Shown: in pieces, positions 16,087 through 28,499 of the stretch | How positions within the stretch are numbered: the first letter of the stretch is position 1 | Layout of the letters: each line of letters starts with the position of its first letter | Origin: Eledone cirrhosa | Taxonomy: Eukaryota | NCBI GenBank assembly: GCA_964016885.1 | Contig: OZ024742.1 | Coordinates: 351,664,001-351,728,000 of the forward strand | Length of the DNA stretch: 64,000 nucleotides | Direction: 5' to 3' | Notes under the pieces: model-generated | Database searches by the model: none | What the model saw: only the letters and a program-made list of their open reading frames with translations | What the model was told of the DNA's origin: nothing | Made by a program: the position numbers and the translations under genes

Positions 16087-16269
16087 CATTAACAGAGAAA
16101 GCTTTAAGCAATACTCCGACCGACTTCCGTCTCACTCAACAAACATTAGGATATACCTTTGTATAATCCCAATTATACGTTTGGGGTGCTAAATATACGT
16201 ATTGTGCGGATAGCCAGTTGTATTATTTTATATGAGACACAATTAAATATATATGCTGTTTGTGAGTGC

Positions 16270-16480
16270 GCTGAGATCAGTATTTGAATTTGTTATTGTC
16301 TCTGATATCTCCGAATCTGTGCTCGATGTTCCTGTTAAGTCAGCGGTTGAGCTGTTAACTGATCACCATCTAGTTATTTGCAAACTAAAATATCAAAAGC
16401 CAAAGAAGCCCACGAAACTGGCAGGTTCAGGTCCACCTATAAAATATAGTAGTAAGCGTTGGTGGATAAGGAAGTCATGA
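16270..16480 (+). pseudogene. RTE-clade LINE apurinic endonuclease fragment
   Basis: FVIVSD..VLDVPVKSAVELLTDHHLVICKL resembles the RTE endonuclease C-terminal (S)DHHLV motif. Confidence 0.7.
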
Positions 16481-16985
16481 TCAGATATGCAGATATTATG
16501 CATCCAAACTCAGAACTCTCTGAGTAAACTGTATTCATCTATGTAAGTATGTATGTGTTTTTATATACAGAGAGAAAAGAGAGAGAGGGTATGAGTGAGG
16601 GAGAGAGGGATAGACACTTTGTGAGAATGAAAGAGGAAGGCTATATATGCGACTGAATCTAAATACCGCAATGTTGCATTCTCTACTCTAAATACAAATA
16701 AATATAAATGCGATATAGGTTGTAATAAAATATGTCGAACAATCCGGATATTGTACGCTATGCAGAGCTAAAAATAACAAACAATCCCCAAATCCAATAA
16801 TATGAGCCAATTGATAATCCTGAATACATCCACAATGCTGGCGGGAAACAGATCTCATCTTTAAAACAATGTATCAGTTTTGTTTTTATTAGACTTACTG
16901 AATGAAGAAGATTGGTGAAATTGCAAATCGTATCGTGCACATTAACAACATTTCACATTTCTTTATATTTTCATCTTCAATATTA

Positions 16986-17520
16986 TTCTTGGAAGTAAAT
17001 AGGGTTCATCTGAAAGGTTCTTTGGTGCAACGTTACTCGATAGAGTCTGTAGCTCAGAGATCAGATAGTCACTCCAGGTAGAGCCGTTACTTCTCCGAAT
17101 TGAGAGATCACAGCTTCGATACAATGGACATCTGGTTAAATTGTCGCAGGATAATATCTCAGGACAAATTTTACGGGCCAAACCAACGAGCAGTAGACAC
17201 TGAGTAGGCACCGAGGAAAATATTTGGATATCATCCATGAGCTTGGCTGGTCTCGCTTCGGGACCCAGCCGGATCGTTAGGAAACGGTTTCGTCTGACAG
17301 GAGCCGCTGGAAGGTGTGTTTCAGGACTCCATGACCTCCATAACCGTCTCACGATGAAGTGTGCGATGTATAAGGAGGAGGGTATGTTGGAGAAGAAGAA
17401 GAAGAAGAAGAAGAAGAAGAAGAAGAAGAAGAAGAAGAAGAAGAAGAAGAAGAAGAAGAAGAAGAAGAAGCAGCAGCAGCAGCAGCGGCAGCAGCAGCAG
17501 AAGATATTCACAGAATTGTG
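16986..17520 (+). mobile_element. 5'-truncated RTE-clade LINE 3' end with (GAA)n(GCA)n tail
   Basis: The + strand translates GATLLDRVCSSEIR*SLQVEPLLLRIERSQLRYNGHL. It is flanked by a ~29 bp direct repeat (16957-16985 and 17521-17549). Confidence 0.75.
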
Positions 17521-18212
17521 ATTTCTTTATATTTTCATCAGCAATATTACTATTCCTAGTTGAGTAGAAAATTCTACACTAATAAGTCCTAATAAAATGA
17601 AACACGTGAGATTGAGTTCCAACAGAAAGTTATAAATATATCCTGAATTCTAGAACTTTTATATCTTTGCATCGTATGGATGAGTTTCTTATCGAGATGT
17701 TTGACCTAAAGATAAAAATCATTCCATTAATATGCTCAACAAAATTATTTAATAAATTTAGATTCAAAATAAAACGCTGAAATCTAATTCTACCCCACAA
17801 ATGATATGCACTTTTATGCGAAGACATCAATATATGTCGATAATCGGTATATTTTGATATAGACTATTTCTTTACGTAGACACATTCATATTAAATTACA
17901 GAGACCCTCATTGGAAACGATCTTTTAGATATCGTATGATAATGTGATTGTTTATGTTAATATGTAAGTTAAACAAGTGAGAATCGTACAAGAAGCATAT
18001 TTCTTATTCAGCTTTATTAGATAAAGTACTTATTTTGTATCTGTGTCAAAAGAATGAATCATAGAATGTATTTATTACATTCTAAAATGATCGCCAAACT
18101 TAAGATACATGAATGGAATCAAATTGAAAAATGATTATATATCTTATTATTAATTAATCATAAATATCGGGGGATAAATTTCGATTTAATTCGAAAACTA
18201 ACTCCATTATTT

Positions 18213-18390
18213 CAGTATCGGTAGAGCTTTGCGGCATATAGTTACGGACCATTACGATCTGAATTCAAATCTTGCTGATAATAGCTATGCCTTTCATTTT
18301 TACGGGGTCGTAATCTACTAGAAACGAATTGGGTCGATTTCATTGACTTTCCACTCCCATTGAAATTACTGCTCTTGCAGAAACAATTAT
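18213..18390 (+). mobile_element. Diverged SINE copy
   Basis: CAGTATCGGTAGAG..GAATTCAAATC..GCCTTTCATTTTTACGGGGTCG. Confidence 0.7.
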
Positions 18391-18998
18391 TTAAAGAAAT
18401 TCGTTCTGTTTCCCTAGGCAGATGTTTTTTTAGTATCATGAACACAGTTATTATCGCCCTCAATATATAAACAAATATCCTGATTGAAGCCAAGGCTGGA
18501 AACCTGTTTCTAATTCAGCTGAGAATGGACAAAACAATTGAAATATTGGAGGAGTATGCAAGCTTTTAAATTTACAACCATAATAATATTTGACTGTATT
18601 GAAACTATAACACCGAGAATAATGAGAGCAACTTTCATTGAGTTACCTTGACAATCTCCTTTAATAGCTGAGGGAAATATTGACAAGGTATTTGACACAC
18701 TGAATATTGATGGTGGGGACATTACAATGGTGGAGTTAGGTTGACACACACAAATACAAAGCTACAGATTTGGATAATATACCAGCAAAAGTATGGAAAG
18801 TAGGCATGAACGATGAGCTGCTTGAAATCTGGCAAGAAATGTTGAAGGGAGATAAGCACAAAATCTGGAGGAATACTTTCTCTAAAAAAGAAGAGTGACA
18901 TAGGATATACAGCAAATTACAGGGGAAATAATTTGTCAGTAGTTGTAGCTAAAATCTACACAATGCTACTAAACAGCATGATAACATATACAAGATGC

Positions 18999-19032
<34 letters not shown>

Positions 19033-19956
19033 TATATATGTATCTATGTATGTGTGAGAAAAACCACAAATCCTCCATCTCAATTCCACATTCCACGTTT
19101 GAAAAGCATAAGAACTGTGAAACCGGTAAAGGAAACAAATAAATATCGTTAACAAGTCTCCAGTTGCATTTTCGATTTCATTGTTTCCCCTTATACTCGT
19201 GTAGGCCATCTAGTTATTTTTTTCATAAAAAAAATTCATTTATATATATATATATATATATAACGTGGTCCAGCTTGGTGTACCACTTTGAAAAATGTAA
19301 ACCATCATGTATATTAACTATATATATATAATCAATCAACATATCTCGCTGTTTATAAATGATAATATCGATTTCATTTATGGAACTGAAACACTGAATA
19401 TGACACAGCAGCAGCGACATCAAGTTATTACTACAGCTGTCATCACAACTTTAAAGAAAAAGGACCTTATACTCAATACATTTGGATTAAGTGTCTTTTG
19501 TAAATATCTGTTTGAACTGTACAACTCTATACTTATTGCTTACACACTTCACAACTATATATATACCCGTTTTCTACATAAACATTATAAAACCCTTCAC
19601 CTAAATATCTTCGCCTATAACTAATATATAATGCTTATAATATATAACAGCTATATGTATGCTATCACTACACAATTGTCTTACTTTATTGCATGTTCTG
19701 TGCTATTATTTATATTCTTGGTATGATATTCTTTATAAGTAATATTCCTTGCATATTTTATATACCTTCAAAACAGCTTTTCTTCATAATACTTTATTAC
19801 TATCTTTTCATTATAATTATTTCATTATAATATTCTTTCGCTCTTAGTCTTTAATATATTGTAACTGACACTAACAATTATAATTGTTCTTCTCAATATA
19901 ATATATCATAGTGAATGTTCTAAGGATTAGGAATTTATTTGTTTTAACATTGTATA

Positions 19957-20006
19957 TGCTCCTGACATGATTCCAGACATTTGTCTGGAATAAACGATCG
20001 TCAGCA
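19957..20006 (+). ncRNA. Decayed or variant hammerhead ribozyme
   Basis: TGCT-CCTGACATGA-TTCCAGAC/GTCTGGAA-TAAA-CGATCG(palindrome)-TC-AGCA. The stems are intact and the core is altered. Confidence 0.6.
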
Positions 20007-20182
20007 ATTAAATGCATTAAACAAACAATTAATTGTTTTCTATGTTGTATTTCAGCTATGTAGTATATCTGATATTTTACATCGAGCTAATTTTCAACTG
20101 GTAATTGAGTAGTACAAAATATTGCCCTTATCATATTTATAATTTATATTATATATATTAGTATAACTATTATTGTTATTAT

Positions 20183-20213
<31 letters not shown>

Positions 20214-20398
20214 TTGTGTGTGTGTGTGAGAGTGTGTGTGTGTGCGAATGTGTGTGCGTACGTGCATGTATGTATGAACATATATCGAAAACCGTTTTAT
20301 GTCAGTATGCGTGTGAAGATGAATTTCTATGATCCTAAGTGTAAATATGCTTCTCAGTAATGTTTAGTCCCTAAAACACATGGTCCATTTATTAAACA

Positions 20399-21302
20399 TT
20401 AGCAGTGGTACCCGGCGTTGCTCGGGATAAGGTATTTTGATCGCGGGCCGCCAACAGACCTAATCATGGTAAGACTTCATGCCTGGACAATATGTAAAGA
20501 AAATAAGCCGAATACTCTGATGGCTAGATCATCTTTAACATTTTACTCGATGAAGTGGGAAATGCAGGTTTTCACCTAATGCAGGCGCTAGGGATCAAGA
20601 AAATGAATTTTTTCATGTGCATAATAATATGCCTTGAAATTTCGGGAAATCGGCTAGACGTAACGCCTCGAAAAAGCCATAAAAAGCTGAAAAAATGATG
20701 TTTTTCACCTAATGCGGGCCCTAGACGATAAAAAGTTGGATTTTCTTTGCTCGCGGTATGAAGAAGAGACTGACTAATACATAGTTACAATTTCAAGGAA
20801 ATCAGTCTGACGTAACTCCTCAAAAAAAACCTTAAAAATTGAAAAAAAAACCAGTTTTCACCTAATGCGGGCCCTAGGGGATCAAAATATTGAATGTTTT
20901 CATGTGCATAACACTTCTTGAAACATAAGTAATACACATGTAAAGTTTGAAAAACGTCGGTGTGGTACTTCTCGAGTGTAGGGATTCAAACTCACACACA
21001 CACACACACAGACACACGTCCCCAGGGAAGTGACGTAATGCAGACAGTCAGACATACACACAGATATTATAAGAGCGAAACATTATATGTATGTATCTAT
21101 CTAAAAAGAGAAAGACTAATAATTATAGAGAGAGTTCGGTAAGTTGCCTAGGGCATTGAACATCTGAAATTGTTTTTGTTCAGAACACTCCCTGAAACAT
21201 CTGTAAAGTTTGAAAACAGTCGGTTGGGTGCTTCTCTAGTTTTAGGGATTCAAACTCACACTCACACAGACATACATCCTCAGTTTTATATATATATATA
21301 TA
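20399..21302 (+). mobile_element. Non-autonomous Helentron/DINE-like element
   Basis: 5' TAG..CCCGGCGTTGCTCGGG hairpin, three internal ~135-150 bp repeats with TTTTCACCTAATGC.GGC.CTAG, and a duplicated 3' AAAGTTTGAAAA..TCGG..(CA/CAGA)n..TTTATATATA end. Confidence 0.55.
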
Positions 21303-21589
21303 TGCATACGATAGAACGAGCAGGATTTTCAGTGTATTTATGATATGCAAAAATGCAAGATTAAATGGTAATTAAATGAAGAAATATATTTCATTTACTT
21401 CATTAACAATGTTCCTAATTGGATTATTTTTCAGTCTGTATACTAGCGGGGGGTGGGGTTGGGGTGTTTAATTAAATAACGTCAACTGCCTTAATTCTAT
21501 GTGATGTGGATTTATGAATATATATAAGTCCTATATGCATTACGTTAACATTTTACTCTCAGTATATATATTACATTAATATTTTACCC

Positions 21590-21772
21590 CGCTGGATTGG
21601 CATGATCGGTAGAGTTTCGGATTCTGTGCAGCATGGAGTTACGGCGCTTTATGGTCTGGCTTCAAATTCCGCTGAGGTTCATTTTGCCTTTCATCCTTAC
21701 GTGGTCGATAAAATAAACTACCAGTAATGTACTGGGATAATTGCTGGCCTTGTGCCAAAAGTAGAAACCATT
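21590..21772 (+). mobile_element. tRNA-derived SINE copy
   Basis: Full head, core and tail, ending GGCCTTGTGCCAAAAGTAGAAACCATTA. Confidence 0.85.
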
Positions 21773-21840
21773 AATATTTTACCCTCAGTAAGACAGTGTA
21801 TTAGATGCTGAAATATGAGCCTCACGTTCTATTACATAAT

Positions 21841-22015
21841 GTTGTTTCTAAATTAGTCAGAAGACTAACAATATTGGGGAACAACAAAGTCGATTAAATC
21901 GACTCCTGTTTATTGTTGGTAGTTTATTTCATCAACACCATAACGATGAAAGCCATATCTAACTACTGCGGGATTTGAATTCAAAATGTAATAATTCGAA
22001 ACTCTATACGGCAAA
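21841..22015 (-). mobile_element. Diverged SINE copy
   Basis: Reverse-complement similarity to the SINE core and B box (GGGATTTGAATTC). Confidence 0.6.
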
Positions 22016-22477
22016 CATCATAGAAACAATTATAATAAAAACAGTATTTCCTGAATCTCATTATTCTCCGTGTTCAACTCCTTCACATGCCAGCTTTATT
22101 GTTTACCATTAAGATTTCGAGGAATTAAGGACCGGTTACGGTCATATGATATAACGTTGAACGTGGCGCCTTGTGTTATTCATTTAATATACTGATTTGC
22201 TCTTCTTGGCTTACATACGTATAGCGAATTACAGTTAACCACAATATCTTGAGCTTTCAGGGTGTCTAGTAAAGTAAATTATACTGCGCAATCTGTATCC
22301 ATCTATCTGATGTGGACATATAATTCGTTCTATATCTCCTTGGGTCTTTATTTATGCATGTCACAACTCATAGTACACGAGTTTCATAGGCTGTGTTTGT
22401 TTTTTTAAGAAATATAAAATTGTACAGAATCTAAGGATACAAATGTAAATGGAAGAGAAAACATTATTACAATATTT

Positions 22478-22662
22478 AGGGCTGTGGATTGGCAGTATCG
22501 GTAGGGGGTCGGACGCCATGCTTTGCAGCAATGAGTTACGGCCTTTTATGGTCTGTGTTCAAATCCCGCCGATGTTAACTTTGCATTTCATCTTTACGTG
22601 GTCGAGAAAATAAAGTAACTGTAATGCACTGGGATAATTGCCGTAAAAGTAGAAATAATTAT
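22478..22662 (+). mobile_element. tRNA-derived SINE copy
   Basis: TGGCAGTATCGGTAG..GTTCAAATCCC..TTTCATCTTTACGTGGTCGA..AAAAGTAGAAATAATTATTA. Confidence 0.85.
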
Positions 22663-24593
22663 TACAATATATATTAGCTCCTTTTGATAGTTTGTTGGCA
22701 TTTCTCTCAAATAGATAACAATCAGTAAGAATAATTGTTCTATATTTCACAAATTCAAACTGAAATAATAAAATATATAAACGTAATAAAATATTGTAAT
22801 TATAGTCAATATACTCATAAAATAATGAATTCATTAGCGATACAGTCTATTTAATATTCTTGAAGCTATACCCGAAAATGTGAGGTGTAGTTAGAGATGG
22901 ATAAAATAGAGAGTATGAGGAAAGTCAATCTGGCCTTGCGCCTAATACATTAGTTCTTTTTTATATTAAGTTCGATATGCTTTTTCCTACATATATATAT
23001 AATAATAAACAAGAAAGACGGTTTATTTTGTCCATCGCTATTTTTTTTTTTTTTTTAATATATATATATATATATATATTTGAAAATGAGTAAGGTTCTA
23101 TACAAAACAGCTGTTAGATAGAAAAGGCGGAATGGGAAATAGCACGGAAAATATATTTAAGGATCTGTTTTTCTTTTTTTCTTCTTTGATTCGTCAAAGT
23201 GACATTATTGAAACAATTTTATTAATAAAAAGGAGTTTTATAATGTTGTATACAAAATATATAAAATATAACCGATTTCGATGTATCTGTGTAAATCATC
23301 TTATCAAATGTTGAATATTACAATTAAAAATAATTAAAAAGAATTCAAAAGAATTAAAAAAAGAATTGAAAACAATTAAAAAGAATTAAAATTGAAAATA
23401 TTAACTTAAGTCGTCAAAAGCTCTGTTCAATTTTCTTGTTGCGAACACTGGGTCTAGAAGGGAACCTTATATATCTATAGAGAGAGAACAACATTATGTT
23501 TCGGAATAGTTTCAATCGAAGACGAGAAAAAGAAAAGCAGATCCCTATATATATATTCCTTGCTATTAGTAGTATGATTGACTCAATTTAGCTCGGGCCT
23601 GACATCGCTGCATTAAGCTTGATCGTTTATATACTGAAATTGAAACAGTTTCAGTTAATGGCCCAATTATGATGTAATAGCAACAGAGGTGTAGAAATAT
23701 AGAAGTAATGAACTTGTGCATAAACTTTTGTATTTGTTTGATTTGGTTTCGAAGAAAGGTCAGTTTCTTCAGGAATTTAAAGTCTCTATTTAAACGAAAA
23801 GGGAAAAAGAAATTCCGTGACAATCATTGGAGTGGTCAATTCTGTGACAATCATCTCTGGTGGTCAATAGCCCGGCTTGGATTGTACATGTCAAAATGAT
23901 AATTCAGTTGGTATACGATGTTTGTCTTGAATTGTAGTGTGTGGTAAGTCCTGGAGGGAGATCTATAGTTATAATACATTGCTTGAGAGAACAACATTGA
24001 ATCATGCATAGTCTTGATTTTAAAAAGGTCTTGTCTCCGTCAAACATGATGATTTGTGGTCAGTGATGCAGAAGAGATTGATTCCTAATACATTGCGCTG
24101 GTTTATAACATACATCCATCCAAGCAAGCAAGCCTCTTTTAAGTCAGATTGCAGTTAAATCTTTTTCGTGTAAAAATTGTGACATGGCAGGGTGTGTGTA
24201 ATGGCCCAGTTTTGTTTTGTTACTTATTTTCCCTGATATGTATATGTCCTACGGACTCATATGATGCTATTCTATTTGAATTCAGAACTTCCGGTGAGCT
24301 CTTCAGTCAGTAAAGTTTTAAGCTGAAGAACAGTTTTAGGTCGGAAAGGCTTTTAGAATACTTGTTTGCAATTATTACCGGGAAGACGGTTTTCCACGTC
24401 AGCAAAATCATTTCACCTAATAATAAGTGTGAAAAAGACAGATGTTATATAAAAGTGAAAACCAACACCCTTACCAAACCAGAGCATAATGCAGTGCACC
24501 ATCACCAATAATAATTTTGGAAAACAAGCCTCTCATATATACAAAGTCCTTCCCATACTTAGGAAGAAAATCAATTCTAGCGCTAACTATTAT

Positions 24594-24701
24594 GTGAATT
24601 GGCAGTATCGGTAGAGTGTTGGGCGCAATGCTTTCTAGCATAGTTACGTCCCTTTACGGTCTGAGTTCAAATCCTGCCGAGGTTAACTTTGCCTTTCATC
24701 C
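24594..24701 (+). mobile_element. 5' half of a SINE, interrupted by the Tx1-like LINE
   Basis: SINE similarity stops at GCCTTTCATCC and LINE ORF1-like sequence begins directly afterwards. Confidence 0.8.
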
Positions 24702-27700
24702 ATAAGCCTCCACCATCCACCATCCACCAAGCCACAACCAAAACCAACGCATGTGGAGGACGTTCCACTCCGCGACCTATCGCAACTGGAGACAGATTGT
24801 GACGACGAGGAGTGGGAAGATTTATCAGGAAAAAAAAAAAGATAAAGAAGCCAAAAAAGAAAAAAAATCCTTTCCATCCCCCTTCAAAAACAGAATACAG
24901 TGAGAAACAAATAAAATATCAAACAAAAAAGTTAGGACAGCTATGCCACCAACCAAACGAGCATCACCAACCCCAGCACCACAAACACCAACACCATCAC
25001 CATCATTAACACCAACACCACCATCACCAACACCACAAAAGTCACCAAAAAGCGAAACAGAAACAAACCCACAACAAACACAAACAAAACAAAACGACCA
25101 AAACGATACACACTACACAGCATTAAATTTCAACAACAACCAATTATTACACTACATCCAACACAACACCAGCACCACAGAAAAAGCCTACACAACACCT
25201 CAAAAGTTCACACCACCTCCACACATACAAATCACTCGCATCACACAGAAAACGTACACGACACTGAAACAAAAATTCCCCAAAGACATCGGAGACTTCC
25301 CACAACCAATCTCCGGTAGGATTTATAAGGACTCCTTCCGGAGGAGGCCACAAGCAGTGAAAAGGATGGAGAAACCATCCGTCCTTTTCAACATGACCTC
25401 ACTCAGAATAGGAAGCATAAATGCGCGTGGATTGGGGTCGTCATGGAAGCAGGGCCACCTGCTCAACGACCTCAGGTCACTAAACATAGATGCAGTGGCC
25501 ATCAGCGAGACCAGAATCTCCGAAGTACGAGCCTTCACACCGATCTTCGGCAGCTACGATGTGTACGCATCTCCCAGCCTTCCAGGATCGGGGGACGAGT
25601 TGCTGTGCTTTCTCGGAGAGGTTTGGATATCGCCATACGGGCCATCTTCCTGGACCCAGAAGGTAAGTTGGGAGTGCTGGACTTGACCAGTGGAGACGGA
25701 CAAGCCTTCAGGCTAGTGGCCGTCTATGCCCCGACAGGAGCAGCGCCGCCTGATTTCTTCCGGCGTCTGGAGACCTTTCTTGGAACGTCCCGCTCTTTAG
25801 TGTTAGTAGGCGACTGGAACGTGATCTTAGATGCACGCTGGGACTGTGTGGGTTTAGCAGATAGGGGAGGAGGGTGCAAGAGCCTCACCAACCTGCTCAG
25901 GCATTTTGAATTGTCTGACAGGTACCGATTGGATTTCCCGAATATGCCAATGTGGACTTGGACAAATCGCATAGGGTCATCCAGATCATATCTGGATAGA
26001 GTATTTTGTAGAGAAATAGATAGGTCTAGCATAGGCTGTCCACAATTCAAGATAGTCAGCTACACAGACCACAAATTCGTGACCTGTGTGCTTGACTAAG
26101 ATAGGCTTCATAGACGATGAACCGGCTACTGGAAGCAAGATGCGTTCTTACCAGCGTGCAAGGCCAACAGAGACCGGATTAGAGAACTAGTTAAGCGTCG
26201 TTGACGGGGGCCATCGTCAACAACAATTGGTGGTTTGCTCTGAAAAGATCAATTAGAATAGAGTCCATTAGGTTTAGTAAGGCTTTACCAATAGAAAAAA
26301 ATAGAGCAGAGGGAGAATTAGTTAGAAAATTAGACGAGGCGCTTAGCAAAGGAATCGGGACCGACGTACTTGCGGCGAAATATGCCCTTGAGCAATTCTT
26401 CAATGCAAAGCACGAAGGCTGCGTTGTCAGAGCTAGGGTGCGTGCTCTCAGACACGAGGGGACGAAAGCTGTTCAATGAGCCCTAGTGGCGGAGGCGCGT
26501 CGTTGCAACGAAGCCACGTTCCGGTCTTTCGTGGACCACGACGGGCGCATGCTACTCGATCCCGGGCAAATGTGTGAAGCATTTCAGCGACACTTCTCTC
26601 AGTTGTTCGGGGGCAGCGGCGGGCCCGATCGAGGTATGGACATTAGTGTCTACCTCGACGGACTGCCGCGGCTCTCCGCCACTGAGGCGGAGTGTTGCAA
26701 AAAGCCGATAACAGCCGCTGATGTACAGGAGGCAATGACTAGCTGCACAAGGGGTAAATCATCTGGTGTGGATGGTCTTCCCTATAAACTTTACGTACAT
26801 ATGCCAGAAATGTTCGGAGGCCTCTTGCCGGACGTCTACTGCAACTGGCAACAGAACGGGAGAATTCCCAGCTCTGTGAGTCAAGGAGTTGTGGCGCTTC
26901 TGAGAAAGGATCCGAACAAGGGAGATACCATACATCATTTTTGTCCCATAAAAGTCAGTGGGCCTGCAGCTCGGCACCTGGAGAGGCAGGTCCATGCTGT
27001 CCAAAACCGTCGTCGGGCGCTGGACAGACGGACCAGTTAAATTACTCGGGGTCTAGTTCGGTACGGATCTCCAGACGGACAAAAACTGGGAAGAGGTGAC
27101 GAGCAGGGTGGCTGCTCTGACCCAGAAATGGGCCGAGAGGAAGCTATCGCCGAAGGGTCGAGCAGAGGTTGCTAACGCGTACATCGCGTCCGTCATCTAC
27201 TACAGCCTGACCGTTGTACCTTGTCCTAAGCCCCGCCTGACTGCGCTGGAGCGTTTGCTCTTTCGCCCTTTTGTGGAAGGGACGCGTCCGATGGTCAGGC
27301 GGTCCATCTGCTGTCAACACCCGCTACGTGGAGGGCTGGGAATACCGTGGCTGATGATGCGCAGACATGCGCTCAGTGTACGACATGTCCATTTGTCCTC
27401 GACGGTGATCAGGTGTGGTCTCCGTTTCCTAGACGCGTCTTTCTCCAGCTCGTCTCCTTGACGGAGCTGCAGTCCTGGGTCAAGCGAAGATAGAGAGGGA
27501 GCGCTTGGAGACTGGAATGTCTTCAGGCACTCATAGCCCTCAACCAATCGGGCAATGTGATCGGTGGCGTTCTATAGAGGATTAGTGGAGGGGAAGAGCG
27601 ACGACGTACTTTGGGAAGCTCTAGGCGTCGACGAAAATCAACTGGCCAATCTCTTCAGAAGAACTTTCGGGCCGGGACCAATGGACAACTTCCAGAAATC

Positions 27701-28464
27701 CCTGGCCTGACAGTGCTACAGAGGAGCTTTGCCGGTTCGGGATAAACTCTACAGGCATGGAGGTGCCGTCAGCCGGGCATGTGCGAGATGCGCGCAGGGT
27801 GCCGAAACCGCCCTGCACGCACTCGTCCAGTGTCCGAGCATTGCTGACTTGTGGGTTTATGTCGAACACCTGCTGTCGCGTGTAGGACGGATGCAGCTCT
27901 CACGTGAGTCCATTGTGAGGATTGCCTCGCCCGCTTCCTTTAGCCGGGAAGGGCAGGCAGTTTTTATCTGTCTGGTGGCCATGGCGAAAGAGATAGTATG
28001 GTGGACATGTTGAAAAGGGCTGAAGACGAGCACTTACCTCTTCGGTGATGCCCTCATTAACTTTTTCAAATTTCATCTAAAAAGGAAAATCAGGGTAGAA
28101 AGGGAAGTGCTCTCTTCCCAGCATTTTGTTGAAAGATGGGTGAGAGAGGCAATAATGGCCCGAGTGAATGGGCCTACTCTGAGTATGTGTCTGTAAATTA
28201 AAGGTGGAAAACTGGGAGAGAACAATTGCCCTGGTGGTCAGGCTCACTGTGGCTTTTTAATTGGCTTTCTCCATGAATGTCCCTCAGAATTCTCCCCCCT
28301 ATTGTGGAATGTTTTCATTGTTCTAATATTACATCCTCTGTTTCTTGTTTTTTACACGCAGAAATGCCCATATGTACCGCCCTGTATTGTCCTGTACTGT
28401 CCTTAATGTCTACTTTATGTAGACCCTTGTGGTTAATAAAGAAATCATTATTATCATTATTATT
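24702..28464 (+). mobile_element. Tx1/L1-type non-LTR retrotransposon copy 1 (5'-truncated, RT core deleted)
   Basis: Endonuclease start MTSLRIGSINARG, ISET, VYAP, GDWN, YLDR and TDH motifs; KSSGVDGLP; C-terminal CxxC..H..C (CARCAQGAETALHALVQC); AATAAA followed by an (ATT)n tail. Confidence 0.92.
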
Positions 28465-28499
28465 GAATGCTATGGTTGACGTCGGCTCGGCTCTGTAAG

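Noticed and set aside
17505-17546. Minus-strand CTGATGA..GAAA-TCACA/TGTGA hammerhead-like string
   Set aside because: There is no stem II, no TH site and no stem I. It overlaps a target-site duplication whose other copy lacks the core.
18500-18950. Possible LINE endonuclease relic
   Set aside because: The similarity is too fragmentary to support.
20560-20900. CRISPR-like spaced repeats
   Set aside because: The intervening sequences are similar to each other, the context is eukaryotic and there are no cas genes. These are internal tandem repeats of a transposon.
23500-24580. Possible decayed transposase or host exon in non-repetitive sequence
   Set aside because: No sustained ORF or motif could be identified confidently by eye. 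A translated search is needed.
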